Shown here: piece after piece, positions 40,491-50,908 of the stretch
How positions within the stretch are numbered: position 1 is the stretch's first letter
Layout: the number at the start of each line of letters is the position of its first letter
Assembly (NCBI GenBank): GCA_964291235.2
Contig: OZ219816.1
Coordinates: 2,016,001 to 2,080,000 of the forward strand
Direction: 5' to 3'
Origin: Vicinamibacteria bacterium
GTDB lineage: Bacteria; Acidobacteriota; Vicinamibacteria; Marinacidobacterales; Marinacidobacteraceae
DNA: 64,000 nt
Notes under the pieces: generated by a model
Seen by the model: the letters and a program-made list of their open reading frames with translations, nothing else
Database searches by the model: none
Told to the model about the DNA's origin: nothing
Translations under genes and position numbers: made by a program

Positions 40491-41711
40491 ATGAGACTCC
40501 GACAAGCGTGCATCTCGCTGGCGCTGATCCTCGCCATGGCGCCGGTAGTGGGCTCCCACGCGACCCCCGGGCAGGACGACGGGGAACCGGGTGTGACGCT
40601 GGCCATCGTGGGTCAGGCGCTCATCAAGGTGGACCCCCGGGAACAGTGGCCAAACCCGTTCGCCGGGGTCCAGCCGATCCTCACGGGCGCCGACGTCGCC
40701 TTCACCAACTTCGAGATGGCGGTGGACGACGAGTGCGGCGTTCCCCCGGACTACCAGGTCGTGCTGGGTGAACCCGAACTCGCCGAACCGCAAAGACCCG
40801 GCAACACGGGCGGGCCCCATGCGGTCCACGAGAACGTGATGGCGTTTCTCGCGTCCTTGAACTTCAGGCTGCAGTCCCTCGCCAACAACCATTCGTGGGA
40901 TCTCGGAGATTGCGGGGTGCTCGCCACCATCGCGGCCGCCGAGGAATACGGCGTGACGCACGCCGGCACCGGAGAGAACCTGGACCAGGCGACGCGCGCG
41001 GCGGTCATCGAGGTTCAGGGCGTCCGGATCGCGCTGCTCGCGGCGACCACCTCGAGGGACGAGCGGGACCTCATCCTGCCGACCGCATCCAGCCCCGGGG
41101 TGAACGGCGTCTGGATCGGACACCAGGACGATTGGGACCGGAACATCGAGGCCGTCCGCTCCGCTGCCGGGCGCGCCGACTTCGTCATCTACTACCACCA
41201 CTTCCAGATCACGACCGAGGAACTGTCCGGGGACCGCTCGAGCCGGGTGCAGGGGCACCGGGACGTGGGCAACGTGGAGGAGTGGCAGTCCCGCTTCGCG
41301 AGAGCCGTGATCGACGCCGGCGCCGGTATGTACCTCGCGCACGGCGAGCGCATCTTCGACGGCATCGAAATCTACAGGGGCCGGCCGATCATCCGGCAGT
41401 TCGGCGGGTTCGCCTACCAGGGACTCCAGGCGGAGGGCGCCTACGACCCGCTCATCTGGGAGGGGCTCCTGGGACTTCTGACGATCCGGGACGGGGATGT
41501 CCAGGCGCTGGAAGTGATGCCTCTCAAACTGGACGAAGGGCGGGAGAGCGAGTACGGCAGCGCGATCCAGTTCAGGCAGAAGCGCGGCTTTTCCGATCTG
41601 GCGGCCGGCGAGCCGGGACGCCGGATCCTCACGCGATTCGCGGAACTGTCCCGGGAATACGGCACGAGGGTGCGGCTCGAAGGCCAGCGCGCGGTGATCG
41701 AGGGTTGGTGA
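40491..41711 (+). CDS. CapA/PGA_cap family metallophosphoesterase-like secreted protein
   Basis: FTNFE, SLANNHSWDLG, HAGTG, FARAVIDAGA, IEIYRGRPI. Confidence 0.85.
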   Translation: MRLRQACISLALILAMAPVVGSHATPGQDDGEPGVTLAIVGQALIKVDPREQWPNPFAGVQPILTGADVAFTNFEMAVDDECGVPPDYQVVLGEPELAEPQRPGNTGGPHAVHENVMAFLASLNFRLQSLANNHSWDLGDCGVLATIAAAEEYGVTHAGTGENLDQATRAAVIEVQGVRIALLAATTSRDERDLILPTASSPGVNGVWIGHQDDWDRNIEAVRSAAGRADFVIYYHHFQITTEELSGDRSSRVQGHRDVGNVEEWQSRFARAVIDAGAGMYLAHGERIFDGIEIYRGRPIIRQFGGFAYQGLQAEGAYDPLIWEGLLGLLTIRDGDVQALEVMPLKLDEGRESEYGSAIQFRQKRGFSDLAAGEPGRRILTRFAELSREYGTRVRLEGQRAVIEGW

Positions 41712-41744
41712 GCCGCCGGACGGGCCGCGCCGCGCGGACGGGCC

Positions 41745-44591
41745 TCAGACCGGCGCCAACGACGGTTGTTCCGCAGGTCCGGATGCCGGTTCCGCTTCGC
41801 CCGCATCCGCCGGATCGCAGGCTGTCCGCAGGATTTCGGTAGCGACCGGCTCGAACTCCGCGAGCGTTCGGGTGATCTCGGTCGGGCGCGGCGCCGAGCC
41901 GTTCCCGGCGAGCAGCGTCCGGAACCGGAGGGTGAGGCGGTCGGCGGAGCACCCCAGCAGGGCTGCTTCGGGGCCCGCCGGCGCAAGCCGGACATCATCC
42001 ACGAAATCCTTGAGGTCCACGTCCACCGTCCGTTCGCGCGGTCCGGGAAGCGGCCGGGAACCGCGGCGTCTCGATTTCTGCTTCACGCGGCGGGTCAGAG
42101 CGAGCGGCCAGGAATCCGTGGTCCGGAACGCCTCCAGGCGGGATTCCACCTCGCCAGGTTCGAGGTCGGCGGCCAGCAGCACCGCGTAGCGGAGCGCTCC
42201 GATCCAGCGGGAGAGCTTCGGCTCACCCGACCGAACCCGCACCAATTCCGTGAACCGCAGTCCTTCCTCGGAAGCCCCCCGCAGTGCTTCCAGCACCTGG
42301 GCTTCCGGTAGCTCCTCGGTCAGGGCGAACTCGCAGAACTCGCCGAGCGACTGCACGCCGAGCGGCAGGGCCGGGCCAAAGCTGATCTTGGGACGCGGCG
42401 AGAAGCCCTCGCTGAAGCGGATCGGCAGACCGGCCCGCCGCAGCACGCGCGGGAGAATGCGGATCAGTTCCCCGTGGCCCCGGAGCGCCATGGGTCCGAA
42501 TTTGTCGAAGCGGGCCCGATAGACCACCGGTTCCCCCTGAGCAGCGCGGACCGGCGGCGCCGGACGGCGGTGGCCGCCGGCCGACGCGGGAGGCGCCGCG
42601 GCCGCCACCACCGGGAGAAGCGTCTCCGAGGCGCTCCGCGGTTCCTCGGCGCCGAGATTCTCCAGAAACTCGATCCGCTCGCTGCGCATCCCGTCGAGAT
42701 CGCAGGCCACCCCGCAGTGGTAGCAGACGAGCTTCCGCTCGTCGGCACGGGCGTCGGAGGCGTTCGTGTGATGGACCTGCATGGAGACCGGCTTCCCGCA
42801 CGGCGGCGAGGCCCGGTCGCGGAGCGACCGCCGGTATTCGCGCAGCAGGAACCCGTCCGCAAGCCCCACGTCCACGTGCTCCCAGGGGAGCCGGCCGTCC
42901 ACCGGGATGGTGCCGAGGTAGTCCCCGCGGGTCACGCCGGTCTCGGATTCCCAGCGCTCGAGGGCCGTTTCCCAGAGGTCCCAGCGGAGCTGCTCGTCCC
43001 AGCCGTCGAACCGGGCGCCGAGCCGGAAGGCGATCTCGACGAGCCGGGCCGTCCGGATGTCGCCCCGAGCCAGGATGCCTTCGAGATGGCTCACGCGCCG
43101 GTCGTGGGTACGCAGCCGGAAGCCGTCCTGGCGGGCGCGTTCGTGAAGGAGTTCCTGCTTCCGCTCGATGTCGGCCATGGAGTCCTGGGCACACCACTGG
43201 AACGGCGTGTGCGGCTTCGGGACGTGGCTTGAAACGGCGACCGTAATCCGGACCCGCCGCTTCGCCTCGCGGTCGCCGATGTGACGGGCCTGCCGGCCCA
43301 TGTCGGCGATCCCGAGCACGTCCTCGTCCTCTTCTGTCGGGAGCCCGATCATGAAATAAAGCTTGGCCCGGTCCCAGCCGCGCGAGAAGACCCGCCGGCA
43401 GGTCTCGTAGATGTCCTGCTCGCTCACGTTCTTGTTGACGACGTCGCGCATCCGCTGCGAGCCGGCTTCGGGAGCGAAGGTGAGGCCGGTCGCCTTCACC
43501 TGGGAGATGTCGTCGAGCACCTCCTCCGGGAGTCCGTAGGCGCGGAGGCTCGAGATGCCGAGAGAAACCCGGCGCGGCACGAGTTCCTTCATCACTTCCT
43601 TGATGAGGGGGGCAACGCAGGAGTAGTCCGCGGTCGAGAGGGAGGTCAACGACGCCTCGTCGTAACCGCCCTTTTGGACCGCGGAAACCACGGTGTCCAC
43701 GATCGCCTTCGGGTCGCGTTCCCGGACCGGCCGGTAGATCATTCCTGCCTGGCAGAACCGGCAGCCCTCGGTGCAGCCACGCGCGATCTCCACCGCGGTG
43801 CGGTCGAAGATGGCCTCGGCAGCCGGCACCGGCGAGTCGTCCGGGAACGGAAAGCGGTTCACGTCATCGAGGAAGGCGCGCTCGGTGCTCAGCGGCACCT
43901 CGGGGTGGCGCGACCGGGACACGTAAGCCAGCCCCGAGCGGTCACAGACATCGCGGTCGTAGAGCGCCGGGCAGTAGAGACCGCCGCCGGCCTGCAGCCG
44001 CACCAGCATCTCCACGCGGTCCTCGATCCCTTCCTCTTGAAGCCGCGCGTGTTCGCGCATGAGTTCGGGCAGGCGCTCCTCGGCGTCTCCGATGAGAAAC
44101 GCGTCCACGAACGGCGCCATCGGCTCGGGCTGGGTCGCAACCGGGCCGCCCGCGAGGATCAGCGGATCGTCCGGTCCCCGGTCATGACTCCGGATGGGAA
44201 TCCCGCCGAGATCGAGCATGTTCAGGACGTTGGTGAACGTCAGCTCGTACTGGAGCGAGAACCCCACGAGGTCGAAATCGCCGAGCGGGCGCTGCGTTTC
44301 GAGGCTGATGAGGGGAAGGCCGCGCTCGCGCAGCTTCGCCTCCATGTCGGGCCAGGGGCAAAAGACCCGTTCGAGCGCGAGGTCCGGCTGGTCGTTCACT
44401 ACCTTGTAGAGGATCTTGGTGCCGAGGTGGCTCATCCCGATGTCATAGACATCCGGGAAACAAAACGCCATCCGCGACTGAATCCCGTCGTCCGACTCCT
44501 TCACCACCTGGAAGCGCTCGCCGCCGCCGTAGCGGGCGGGGCTTTCCACTTCGTGGAGGAAGGCGGCGTAGGGATGGCGGGTCTCGGGCAT
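41745..44591 (-). CDS. TIGR03960-type radical SAM protein fused to a C-terminal DUF2344 (TIGR03936) domain
   Basis: FPDVYDIGMSHLG, RGCTEGCRFC (CxxxCxxC), FAPEAGSQR, KLYFMIGLP; C-terminal FSEGFSPRPKISFGPALPLG. Confidence 0.9.
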   Translation of the reverse strand: MPETRHPYAAFLHEVESPARYGGGERFQVVKESDDGIQSRMAFCFPDVYDIGMSHLGTKILYKVVNDQPDLALERVFCPWPDMEAKLRERGLPLISLETQRPLGDFDLVGFSLQYELTFTNVLNMLDLGGIPIRSHDRGPDDPLILAGGPVATQPEPMAPFVDAFLIGDAEERLPELMREHARLQEEGIEDRVEMLVRLQAGGGLYCPALYDRDVCDRSGLAYVSRSRHPEVPLSTERAFLDDVNRFPFPDDSPVPAAEAIFDRTAVEIARGCTEGCRFCQAGMIYRPVRERDPKAIVDTVVSAVQKGGYDEASLTSLSTADYSCVAPLIKEVMKELVPRRVSLGISSLRAYGLPEEVLDDISQVKATGLTFAPEAGSQRMRDVVNKNVSEQDIYETCRRVFSRGWDRAKLYFMIGLPTEEDEDVLGIADMGRQARHIGDREAKRRVRITVAVSSHVPKPHTPFQWCAQDSMADIERKQELLHERARQDGFRLRTHDRRVSHLEGILARGDIRTARLVEIAFRLGARFDGWDEQLRWDLWETALERWESETGVTRGDYLGTIPVDGRLPWEHVDVGLADGFLLREYRRSLRDRASPPCGKPVSMQVHHTNASDARADERKLVCYHCGVACDLDGMRSERIEFLENLGAEEPRSASETLLPVVAAAAPPASAGGHRRPAPPVRAAQGEPVVYRARFDKFGPMALRGHGELIRILPRVLRRAGLPIRFSEGFSPRPKISFGPALPLGVQSLGEFCEFALTEELPEAQVLEALRGASEEGLRFTELVRVRSGEPKLSRWIGALRYAVLLAADLEPGEVESRLEAFRTTDSWPLALTRRVKQKSRRRGSRPLPGPRERTVDVDLKDFVDDVRLAPAGPEAALLGCSADRLTLRFRTLLAGNGSAPRPTEITRTLAEFEPVATEILRTACDPADAGEAEPASGPAEQPSLAPV

Positions 44592-44774
44592 GGCCGGGGC
44601 GAGGATTCTAGGAGGGAACGCCGGGATTCACACGGGCATCACGGCAAACCGGGAAGAAAACACCGGTCAATCCGCCCGGTCGGGGCCTTCGGACGGGTAT
44701 CGGAACGTCCCCGGGTGGGGGACGCGCACCGCCGCCCGCCGTGATGCGCGCGGCTCCGGTAGATTCCCATCCGG

Positions 44775-45578
44775 ATGGCCGAAGACCTCACCGAGATCGC
44801 CGTTCCTCCCGCGCTGGGGCCGGAACCGATCCGGATCCACCACCCGGCGGGCGCCTTCGTCCCGACGCCCGCCAGTCGAATCGCCCTCCAGGCCATCGGA
44901 ACGCACTCCCACCGCTTTCGGGGGCGCGGGCTCGACTGGGGCAGCGGGTCGGGCATTCTGGCGATCGCCACCGGCCGGATCGCCGGCGTGGAGGCGGTGC
45001 TCGGGCTCGAACTCGACCCGCGGGGTGTCGCCGCAGCCCGGGAGAACGCCCGGCGGAACGGGGTCGAAGACAAGGTCCAATACGTCGAATCGGACTCCTA
45101 CCAGCCCGTTTCGGCGGAGGGCGCCAAGGCGCTGGACCGGTTTCGCGGCGCTACCGACTTCATCCTGGCGAATCCGCCGTCCTCGAGTCCGCGCGGAGAC
45201 GGCTTCGAGTTTCGGCGGGTTGTGCTGCGAGGGGCCCGGGATTACCTCCGGGCGGGTGGATTCCTGCTGCTGAGCGTTTCGACCCAGTACGGCGAGGAGC
45301 GGGTTCGAGGGCTGCTGCGCCGGAATCCGGAATTCGTTCACGACGGCGTGGCCGCCACCAGCGCCTGGGTCCCCTTCGACATGGAACGTCCCGACCTGCG
45401 GCGGGACGTCCTCACCTACGCCCGCGAGGAGGAACGCCGGGGCCTGCCCTATGCGTTTCGCGACCCTCGCGATCCCACCCGGCAGATGACCGCGGTCGAG
45501 GCCTGGAAGCACTTCCAGGCGACGGGGGAGAGCCCGCTCTCGCGGTGGCAGAACCACCTGCTGGTCCGGGAGGGATGA
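44775..45578 (+). CDS. Class I SAM-dependent methyltransferase
   Basis: LDWGSGSGILAI, ILANPP. Confidence 0.85.
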   Translation: MAEDLTEIAVPPALGPEPIRIHHPAGAFVPTPASRIALQAIGTHSHRFRGRGLDWGSGSGILAIATGRIAGVEAVLGLELDPRGVAAARENARRNGVEDKVQYVESDSYQPVSAEGAKALDRFRGATDFILANPPSSSPRGDGFEFRRVVLRGARDYLRAGGFLLLSVSTQYGEERVRGLLRRNPEFVHDGVAATSAWVPFDMERPDLRRDVLTYAREEERRGLPYAFRDPRDPTRQMTAVEAWKHFQATGESPLSRWQNHLLVREG

Positions 45579-45711
45579 AGTTCGCCAGTCCACTCCGGGA
45601 GGCGTTATCTCCCAAGTGATGCCCGACGGAGGCCGGCGCTGTCGTCCCCGCGACCCTGACGGACCGCTTTGCCAGTCGGAAGCCTCCAGCGGGAAGGGCT
45701 GGAGCGTTCCC

Positions 45712-47721
45712 CTATCCGCCCACCACGGAGTGGACGGCGGCGCAGACCGCTTCCTCGGTCAGCCCGAAGCGGCGGGCCAACTCCCCTCCGGGAGCGGAAG
45801 CGCCGAAGCGATCCACCCCGACGACCGGGCCGCTCCCTACGTACCGCTCCCAGCCGAGCGTCGCACCCGCCTCGACCGCAACGCGCGGAACGCCCGCCGG
45901 GAGCACGCCCTCGCGATAGCCGTCCTCCTGGGCCTCGAAGAGCTCCCAGCACGGGAGGGAAACCACCCGCGCCCCTATCCCTTCGGCGTCCAGTTGTTCC
46001 GCGGCCGCACACGCGAGAGAAACCTCGGAGCCGGTGGCGATCACCACCGCCCTGAGCTCGGATTCCGGATCCCGGAGCACATAACCGCCGCGCTGCAGGC
46101 CGGTGGCCCGCTCCGGGGTGGCGACGACCGGCACCTTCTGCCGGGTCAGGACCAGCGCGGTGGGCCCGTCGGTGCGTCGCAGGGCGTGCCGCCAGGCCTG
46201 CACGGTCTCATTGGCGTCGGCGGGACGGACCACGTGCAGATTCGGCATGGCGCGCAGCGACATCAGGTGCTCCACCGGCTGGTGGGTCGGGCCGTCTTCG
46301 CCGACCCCCACCGAGTCGTGGGTCCAGACGTACACCACCGGCAGCCCGGAGAGCGCCGCGAGCCGCACCGAGGGACGCATGTAGTCGGCGAAACAGAAGA
46401 AAGTGGAAGCGAACGTCCGGAATCCCCCGTGGTAGGCGATGCCGTTCGCCGCGGCGCCCATGGCGTGCTCGCGCACTCCGTAGTGGAGATTGCGGCCGCC
46501 CGCGTCGCCCGCGGACTGGGAGCCGAGGCCGACCAGCGCCGTCTTCGTGGAACACGACAGGTCGGCGTCTCCGCCGAAAAACTCGGGAAGCCGCGCCGCC
46601 AGGGCGTTCATCGCCTTGCCGGACGCGTCCCGGGTGGCGAGCCGATCCCCGGCCCCGAACGCCGGAAGTCCCTCGTCCCACCCCTCGGGCAACCCGTTCA
46701 GAAGCCGGCGCTCCAATTCAGCGACCGGCCCCGGAGCCTGGGTCCGAACCTGGTCGAGGTTTTCGTACCACGCCTGTCGGGCCCGTTCCCCTTCCCGGGC
46801 CCGCTCACCGCACCGTTGCCGAACGGCCTCCGGAACGGAAAAGACCGTCTTCGGATCGAGTCCGAGGGCCGCCTTGGCGGCCGCCGCCTCCTCGGCGCCC
46901 AGCGGAGCGCCGTGCGCCGCCGCCTTGCCCGCCTTGTTCGGGGCGCCATAGCCGATGGTGGTGTTCACCACGATCAGCGACGGCTGCTCCGGTTCGCCCA
47001 CCGCGGACGCGATCGCAGCGTTGATTCCTTCGAGGTCGTGATCCCCGTCGGCGACCGTCTGCACGTGCCAGCCGAGCGCCCGATGGCGGGCCGCCACATC
47101 TTCGACGGAGAAGGAGAGGGAAGCCGGCCCGTCGAGGGTGACGTCGTTTTGGTCGTAGAGCCAGACAAGCCGCCCCAGCCCCAACTGGCCCGCGAGCGAC
47201 GCCGCCTCGCACGCCACTCCTTCCATCAGGTCGCCGTCCGAAACCAGCGCGAACACGCGGTGGTCCACGAGATCCGGGAACCGTGCCCGGAGGGCGCGCT
47301 CGGCGATCGCCATGCCCACCGAATTCCCCGCCCCCTGCCCGAGCGGTCCGGTGGTCGCTTCCACGCCGGGAGTGGCGAACGTTTCCGGATGTCCTGGAGT
47401 CCGGCTCTCCCACTGCCGGAAGGCCCGGATGTCGTCCAGACTCACGGGATAACCCGCCAGGTGCAGCAAGGCATAGAGCAGCATCGAACCGTGGCCGGCA
47501 GAGAGCACGAAGCGGTCCCGATCGGGCCATCCGGGATCGCCCGGGCAAGTCTTCAGGTAGCGGCTCCAGAGAACCCAGGCCATCGGAGCGGCCCCCATGG
47601 GAAGCCCCGGGTGCCCGGAATTCGCCCTTTCGACGGCATCGATGGCGAGCCCCCGAACGGCGGCGATCGCTTGGGAATCGACCTCGTCGAAGGGGCGGGA
47701 AACGGGGGCGGGGCTCGGCAA
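45712..47721 (-). CDS. tkt: Transketolase
   Basis: [41 protein letters not shown]; start (TTG 47721) uncertain. Confidence 0.96.
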   Translation of the reverse strand: MPSPAPVSRPFDEVDSQAIAAVRGLAIDAVERANSGHPGLPMGAAPMAWVLWSRYLKTCPGDPGWPDRDRFVLSAGHGSMLLYALLHLAGYPVSLDDIRAFRQWESRTPGHPETFATPGVEATTGPLGQGAGNSVGMAIAERALRARFPDLVDHRVFALVSDGDLMEGVACEAASLAGQLGLGRLVWLYDQNDVTLDGPASLSFSVEDVAARHRALGWHVQTVADGDHDLEGINAAIASAVGEPEQPSLIVVNTTIGYGAPNKAGKAAAHGAPLGAEEAAAAKAALGLDPKTVFSVPEAVRQRCGERAREGERARQAWYENLDQVRTQAPGPVAELERRLLNGLPEGWDEGLPAFGAGDRLATRDASGKAMNALAARLPEFFGGDADLSCSTKTALVGLGSQSAGDAGGRNLHYGVREHAMGAAANGIAYHGGFRTFASTFFCFADYMRPSVRLAALSGLPVVYVWTHDSVGVGEDGPTHQPVEHLMSLRAMPNLHVVRPADANETVQAWRHALRRTDGPTALVLTRQKVPVVATPERATGLQRGGYVLRDPESELRAVVIATGSEVSLACAAAEQLDAEGIGARVVSLPCWELFEAQEDGYREGVLPAGVPRVAVEAGATLGWERYVGSGPVVGVDRFGASAPGGELARRFGLTEEAVCAAVHSVVGG

Positions 47722-47852
47722 GAAGCGCCGGACGGTAGCATGTTCCAGGCAGCATTTGTCCCCCCGAACGCGGCGAGCTGCCGAGGACCGGAGAACCGTC
47801 AGCGCCCGGGGCTCGTTCAGGGAGACAAACCCACTACCGGAGTCCTTCGCGC

Positions 47853-48587
47853 ATGTTCTTATCCCTGAGTTTCGAACCGCTGGAGCGGGTCTCTCCGCCA
47901 CGCGGACTGATCCTCGCCGCCACCCTCGCGGCGTCGCTCGCCGCCTGCGGCGAGCAGATCGACCACACGCCGCTCGGAGCGGCCGCCGCCGCCGGTGAAC
48001 TGGAAGCGGTCCGGGCGCTACTCGACCACGCGGATGCCGACCCCGACGCCATTGCCGAGGCCGGTTGGGGGCCTCTCCATCTTGCCTCCCGGCACTCCGA
48101 CCTCGCCGTCCTCCGCGCCCTGGTCGCGGGCGGCGCAGACATCGAGCTGCGGGATCGGCGGAACGGCTGGACGCCTTTGCTCCACGCGATCCACGTGCGC
48201 AACGGACCGGCGGTCACGGCCCTCATCGAGGCCGGGGCGGATGTCAACCGAACCGGGAAGAGCGGGATGACTCCGCTGATCATGGCTTCCGGATACGGCA
48301 TGACCGATTCCGTACGCCTGCTGCTCGCGAGCGGGGCGAATCCGCGCGCCGAGATGCGCGGCCTGAACGCGCTCTGGGCGGCGGCCGGCGGCGGCGCCAT
48401 CCATGACTTCACCGACGGACCGCCACTCGGACGATGCTTCCCCGAGGTCATTGAGATCCTGCAGTCCCACGCGCCGGATCTCAGGATGGGGAGTGGAATC
48501 CGGAGCCGGATCCTCGGCTGGCTGGCGGATGACGGGTGCGAACCGCTGGTGGCGGAACTCGTGGACGAGAGCCGCGTGGCCGACTGA
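47853..48587 (+). CDS. Ankyrin-repeat lipoprotein
   Basis: LAAC lipobox; TPLGAAA, GPLHLAS, TPLLHAI, TPLIMAS repeats with GAD turns. Confidence 0.88.
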   Translation: MFLSLSFEPLERVSPPRGLILAATLAASLAACGEQIDHTPLGAAAAAGELEAVRALLDHADADPDAIAEAGWGPLHLASRHSDLAVLRALVAGGADIELRDRRNGWTPLLHAIHVRNGPAVTALIEAGADVNRTGKSGMTPLIMASGYGMTDSVRLLLASGANPRAEMRGLNALWAAAGGGAIHDFTDGPPLGRCFPEVIEILQSHAPDLRMGSGIRSRILGWLADDGCEPLVAELVDESRVAD

Positions 48588-48628
48588 CCTTCGGCCGTAG
48601 CGGGCCCGGCGCGGCAGGGAGACGGCGG

Positions 48629-49705
48629 CTAGGCCGGAACGGCGCTGAGGACCTCCGCGAAGGCTCCAAGCGCTTCACGCGCATCCTCGTCGCCGATCCC
48701 CAGGTGCGGGATGACCCGCATCGCGTCGGGAGAGGCCGGCAGCACGGCGACCCCCCGGTCGAGGAGCCCTTCGGCAAGCCGGAACGCGTTCATGCCCGGA
48801 GTCCGGAAGCGGACGATGTTCGTCTCGACCGAGGACAGCTCCACCGAAATGCCAGGCAGCTCGGCCAATCCTTCGGCCAGCCGCCGCGCCCGCCGGTGGT
48901 CCTCCGGGAGGCGCTCCCGATGGTTTTCCAGCGCATGGAGCGCCCCGGCCGCCATGATCCCGGCCTGGCGGAAACCACCGCCGAACAGCTGGCGGAAGCG
49001 GCGCGCTCGCCGGATGAGCGGGGCGGGACCCGCGAGGCACGAACCCATGGGCGCGCCCAGGCCCTTCGAAAAACAAACGCTCACCGAGTCGAATCCGTCG
49101 GCATAGCGGCTCTCCGGAATTCCGGTGGCGGCGGTCGCGTGCCAGAGCCGGGCGCCGTCGAGGTGGGTTCCGAGACCGAGCCCGCGCGCCGTGTCCGCGA
49201 CATCCTGCAGGGCGTCGAGTGGCCAGACGGCGCCGCCCGCCCCGTTGTGGGTGTTCTCGGCCGCCAGTAGCCGCGCCACCGGATAGCAGGCGTCCGGGAC
49301 CATCGGGTGCGGCGTCCGTACCGCAGCCCGGACCTGATCCGCCGAAAAGACGCCGCGCTTGCTCTCGAGGCCGACAACAGTGGCCCCGGAGAGCGCCGCC
49401 GGCCCCCCGCTCTCCACCAAATAGGCATGGGCTCGCCGCTCGGCGAGCATCACGTCTCCCGGCTCGGTCTGGCAGCGGATGGCGATCTGGTTGCTCATCG
49501 TCCCGGTGGGGGTGAACACCGCGGCGTCCTTGCCGAGAACCTCGGCCGTCCTCTCCTCCAGGCGGCGGACCGAGGGGTCATCGCCGTACACGTCGTCGCC
49601 GACTTCGGCGGCAGCCATCACGGCCCGCATTGCCTCAGTAGGGAGGGAGACGGTGTCGCTTCGAAGGTCGATCCGGACCGGACGTCCGGCAGCGGTTTGC
49701 GGCAT
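48629..49705 (-). CDS. ltaE: Low-specificity L-threonine aldolase
   Basis: IDLRSDTV, GDDVYGDDP, GTMSNQ, ENTHN, HLDGAR, CFSKGLGAP. Confidence 0.93.
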   Translation of the reverse strand: MPQTAAGRPVRIDLRSDTVSLPTEAMRAVMAAAEVGDDVYGDDPSVRRLEERTAEVLGKDAAVFTPTGTMSNQIAIRCQTEPGDVMLAERRAHAYLVESGGPAALSGATVVGLESKRGVFSADQVRAAVRTPHPMVPDACYPVARLLAAENTHNGAGGAVWPLDALQDVADTARGLGLGTHLDGARLWHATAATGIPESRYADGFDSVSVCFSKGLGAPMGSCLAGPAPLIRRARRFRQLFGGGFRQAGIMAAGALHALENHRERLPEDHRRARRLAEGLAELPGISVELSSVETNIVRFRTPGMNAFRLAEGLLDRGVAVLPASPDAMRVIPHLGIGDEDAREALGAFAEVLSAVPA

Positions 49706-49735
49706 TGGGATTCCTCTCTCGGTTTCCGGCGGGGC

Positions 49736-50812
49736 TTAGCGCGTGATCCTGCGAATAGGAGCGAGCCGGCGCCGGACGGCATCCCCGCGGCCGGTGGACT
49801 CGACCATTTCCCACAGCCGGTCCACGAACTCGCGGTCGGCGAATCCGGCGGGGGAGCCCCCGGTTGCCGGAGTGGAGAGTCCGAACTCCAGGCGGCAGGT
49901 ATCCACCGCGCCGGCCAGCGCCGCATCGAACACCCGGAGTCCCGATGCGCCCAGGTCGTCGCTCTCCCCGGGAAGATCCGCCGAGGTTTCGACTCCGGCG
50001 CAGCCGGCTTCCCCGATCAGAACCCGGAGCTGCACCACATCGCCCCCGGTGAACATGGTGAGGGTGCGGTAACCGAGCTTCTGGCTGACCGCATCGTGAA
50101 TCCGGCGCAGTTCGGCGACCGGCGTCTTGTGCTCGCAGACATTGATGTGAGTCGAAATCCCGTCGTCGCGCCGCGAGCCGTCTTCCCGCGGATCGGCCAC
50201 CAGCACCCCCGCCGACTGCCGCCGGCCGCGCCGGGCGTCCCCTCCGGCTGCCTGTCCCGCCTCGAGCGCCGAAATCAGGCGGTCCGCCAGCGAGAGGCCG
50301 CTGCCCCGCGTGCGTTCGAAATCGTCCGCGACGGCGTCCACGACCTCAGGCCCAACGAGCAGGTTCCCCTGCGCCGCGTAGTCGGGCCCGGACCGGTGGC
50401 CCGCCCAGTAGAGGGTTTCCGAGCCCGTGTGCTGGGCCACCCCGCCGGTCAACCCGACGACGCCGACTTGCCGGTTCTCGGCGCTCTCGTCCTCGGCGAG
50501 CCGGTCGCGCAGCACCTGCTCCGCCGTCATTCCCGAGGCGAGCCCGCTGAGCAACTCTTCACCGTACTGGGTGCGGGTGCGGGCCTGGGTAGCGACGGCG
50601 CCGACACCGACGCGGACCCAGGGCACCCCGTTGGCGACGCAGGGGTTGCGGGTGGTGACCGCGACCCCGGCTTCCCCGGTCTCGGGATCCACCGCGGCGA
50701 TGGAGAACGTGTGGAAATTCGTCTCTCCGGGCGGGAGCGCTTCCTGGCCGGCGTCAAGGAAAGCCGCGCCGGCCACGAGGAGCAGCAGCGTCATGAGCGG
50801 AGTTCGAGGCAC
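49736..50812 (-). CDS. DUF1028 (Ntn-hydrolase-like) secreted protein with peptidoglycan-binding-like C-terminus
   Basis: HTFSIAAVD, GAVATQA, QGNLL, AGGDARRG. Confidence 0.85.
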   Translation of the reverse strand: MPRTPLMTLLLLVAGAAFLDAGQEALPPGETNFHTFSIAAVDPETGEAGVAVTTRNPCVANGVPWVRVGVGAVATQARTRTQYGEELLSGLASGMTAEQVLRDRLAEDESAENRQVGVVGLTGGVAQHTGSETLYWAGHRSGPDYAAQGNLLVGPEVVDAVADDFERTRGSGLSLADRLISALEAGQAAGGDARRGRRQSAGVLVADPREDGSRRDDGISTHINVCEHKTPVAELRRIHDAVSQKLGYRTLTMFTGGDVVQLRVLIGEAGCAGVETSADLPGESDDLGASGLRVFDAALAGAVDTCRLEFGLSTPATGGSPAGFADREFVDRLWEMVESTGRGDAVRRRLAPIRRITR

Positions 50813-50908
50813 AGGGGGAATCGTACTCGGGGGTGAGCAACCGCGGGACGAGCCGCGACGATCGTCTCGCGTCCGCTCGTCCCGGCGCCGTGGGTATGAG
50901 AAACCCGG

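Noticed and set aside
41745-44591. Radical SAM-DUF2344 fusion as a novelty
   Set aside because: This fusion is an already known arrangement of the TIGR03960/TIGR03936 pair
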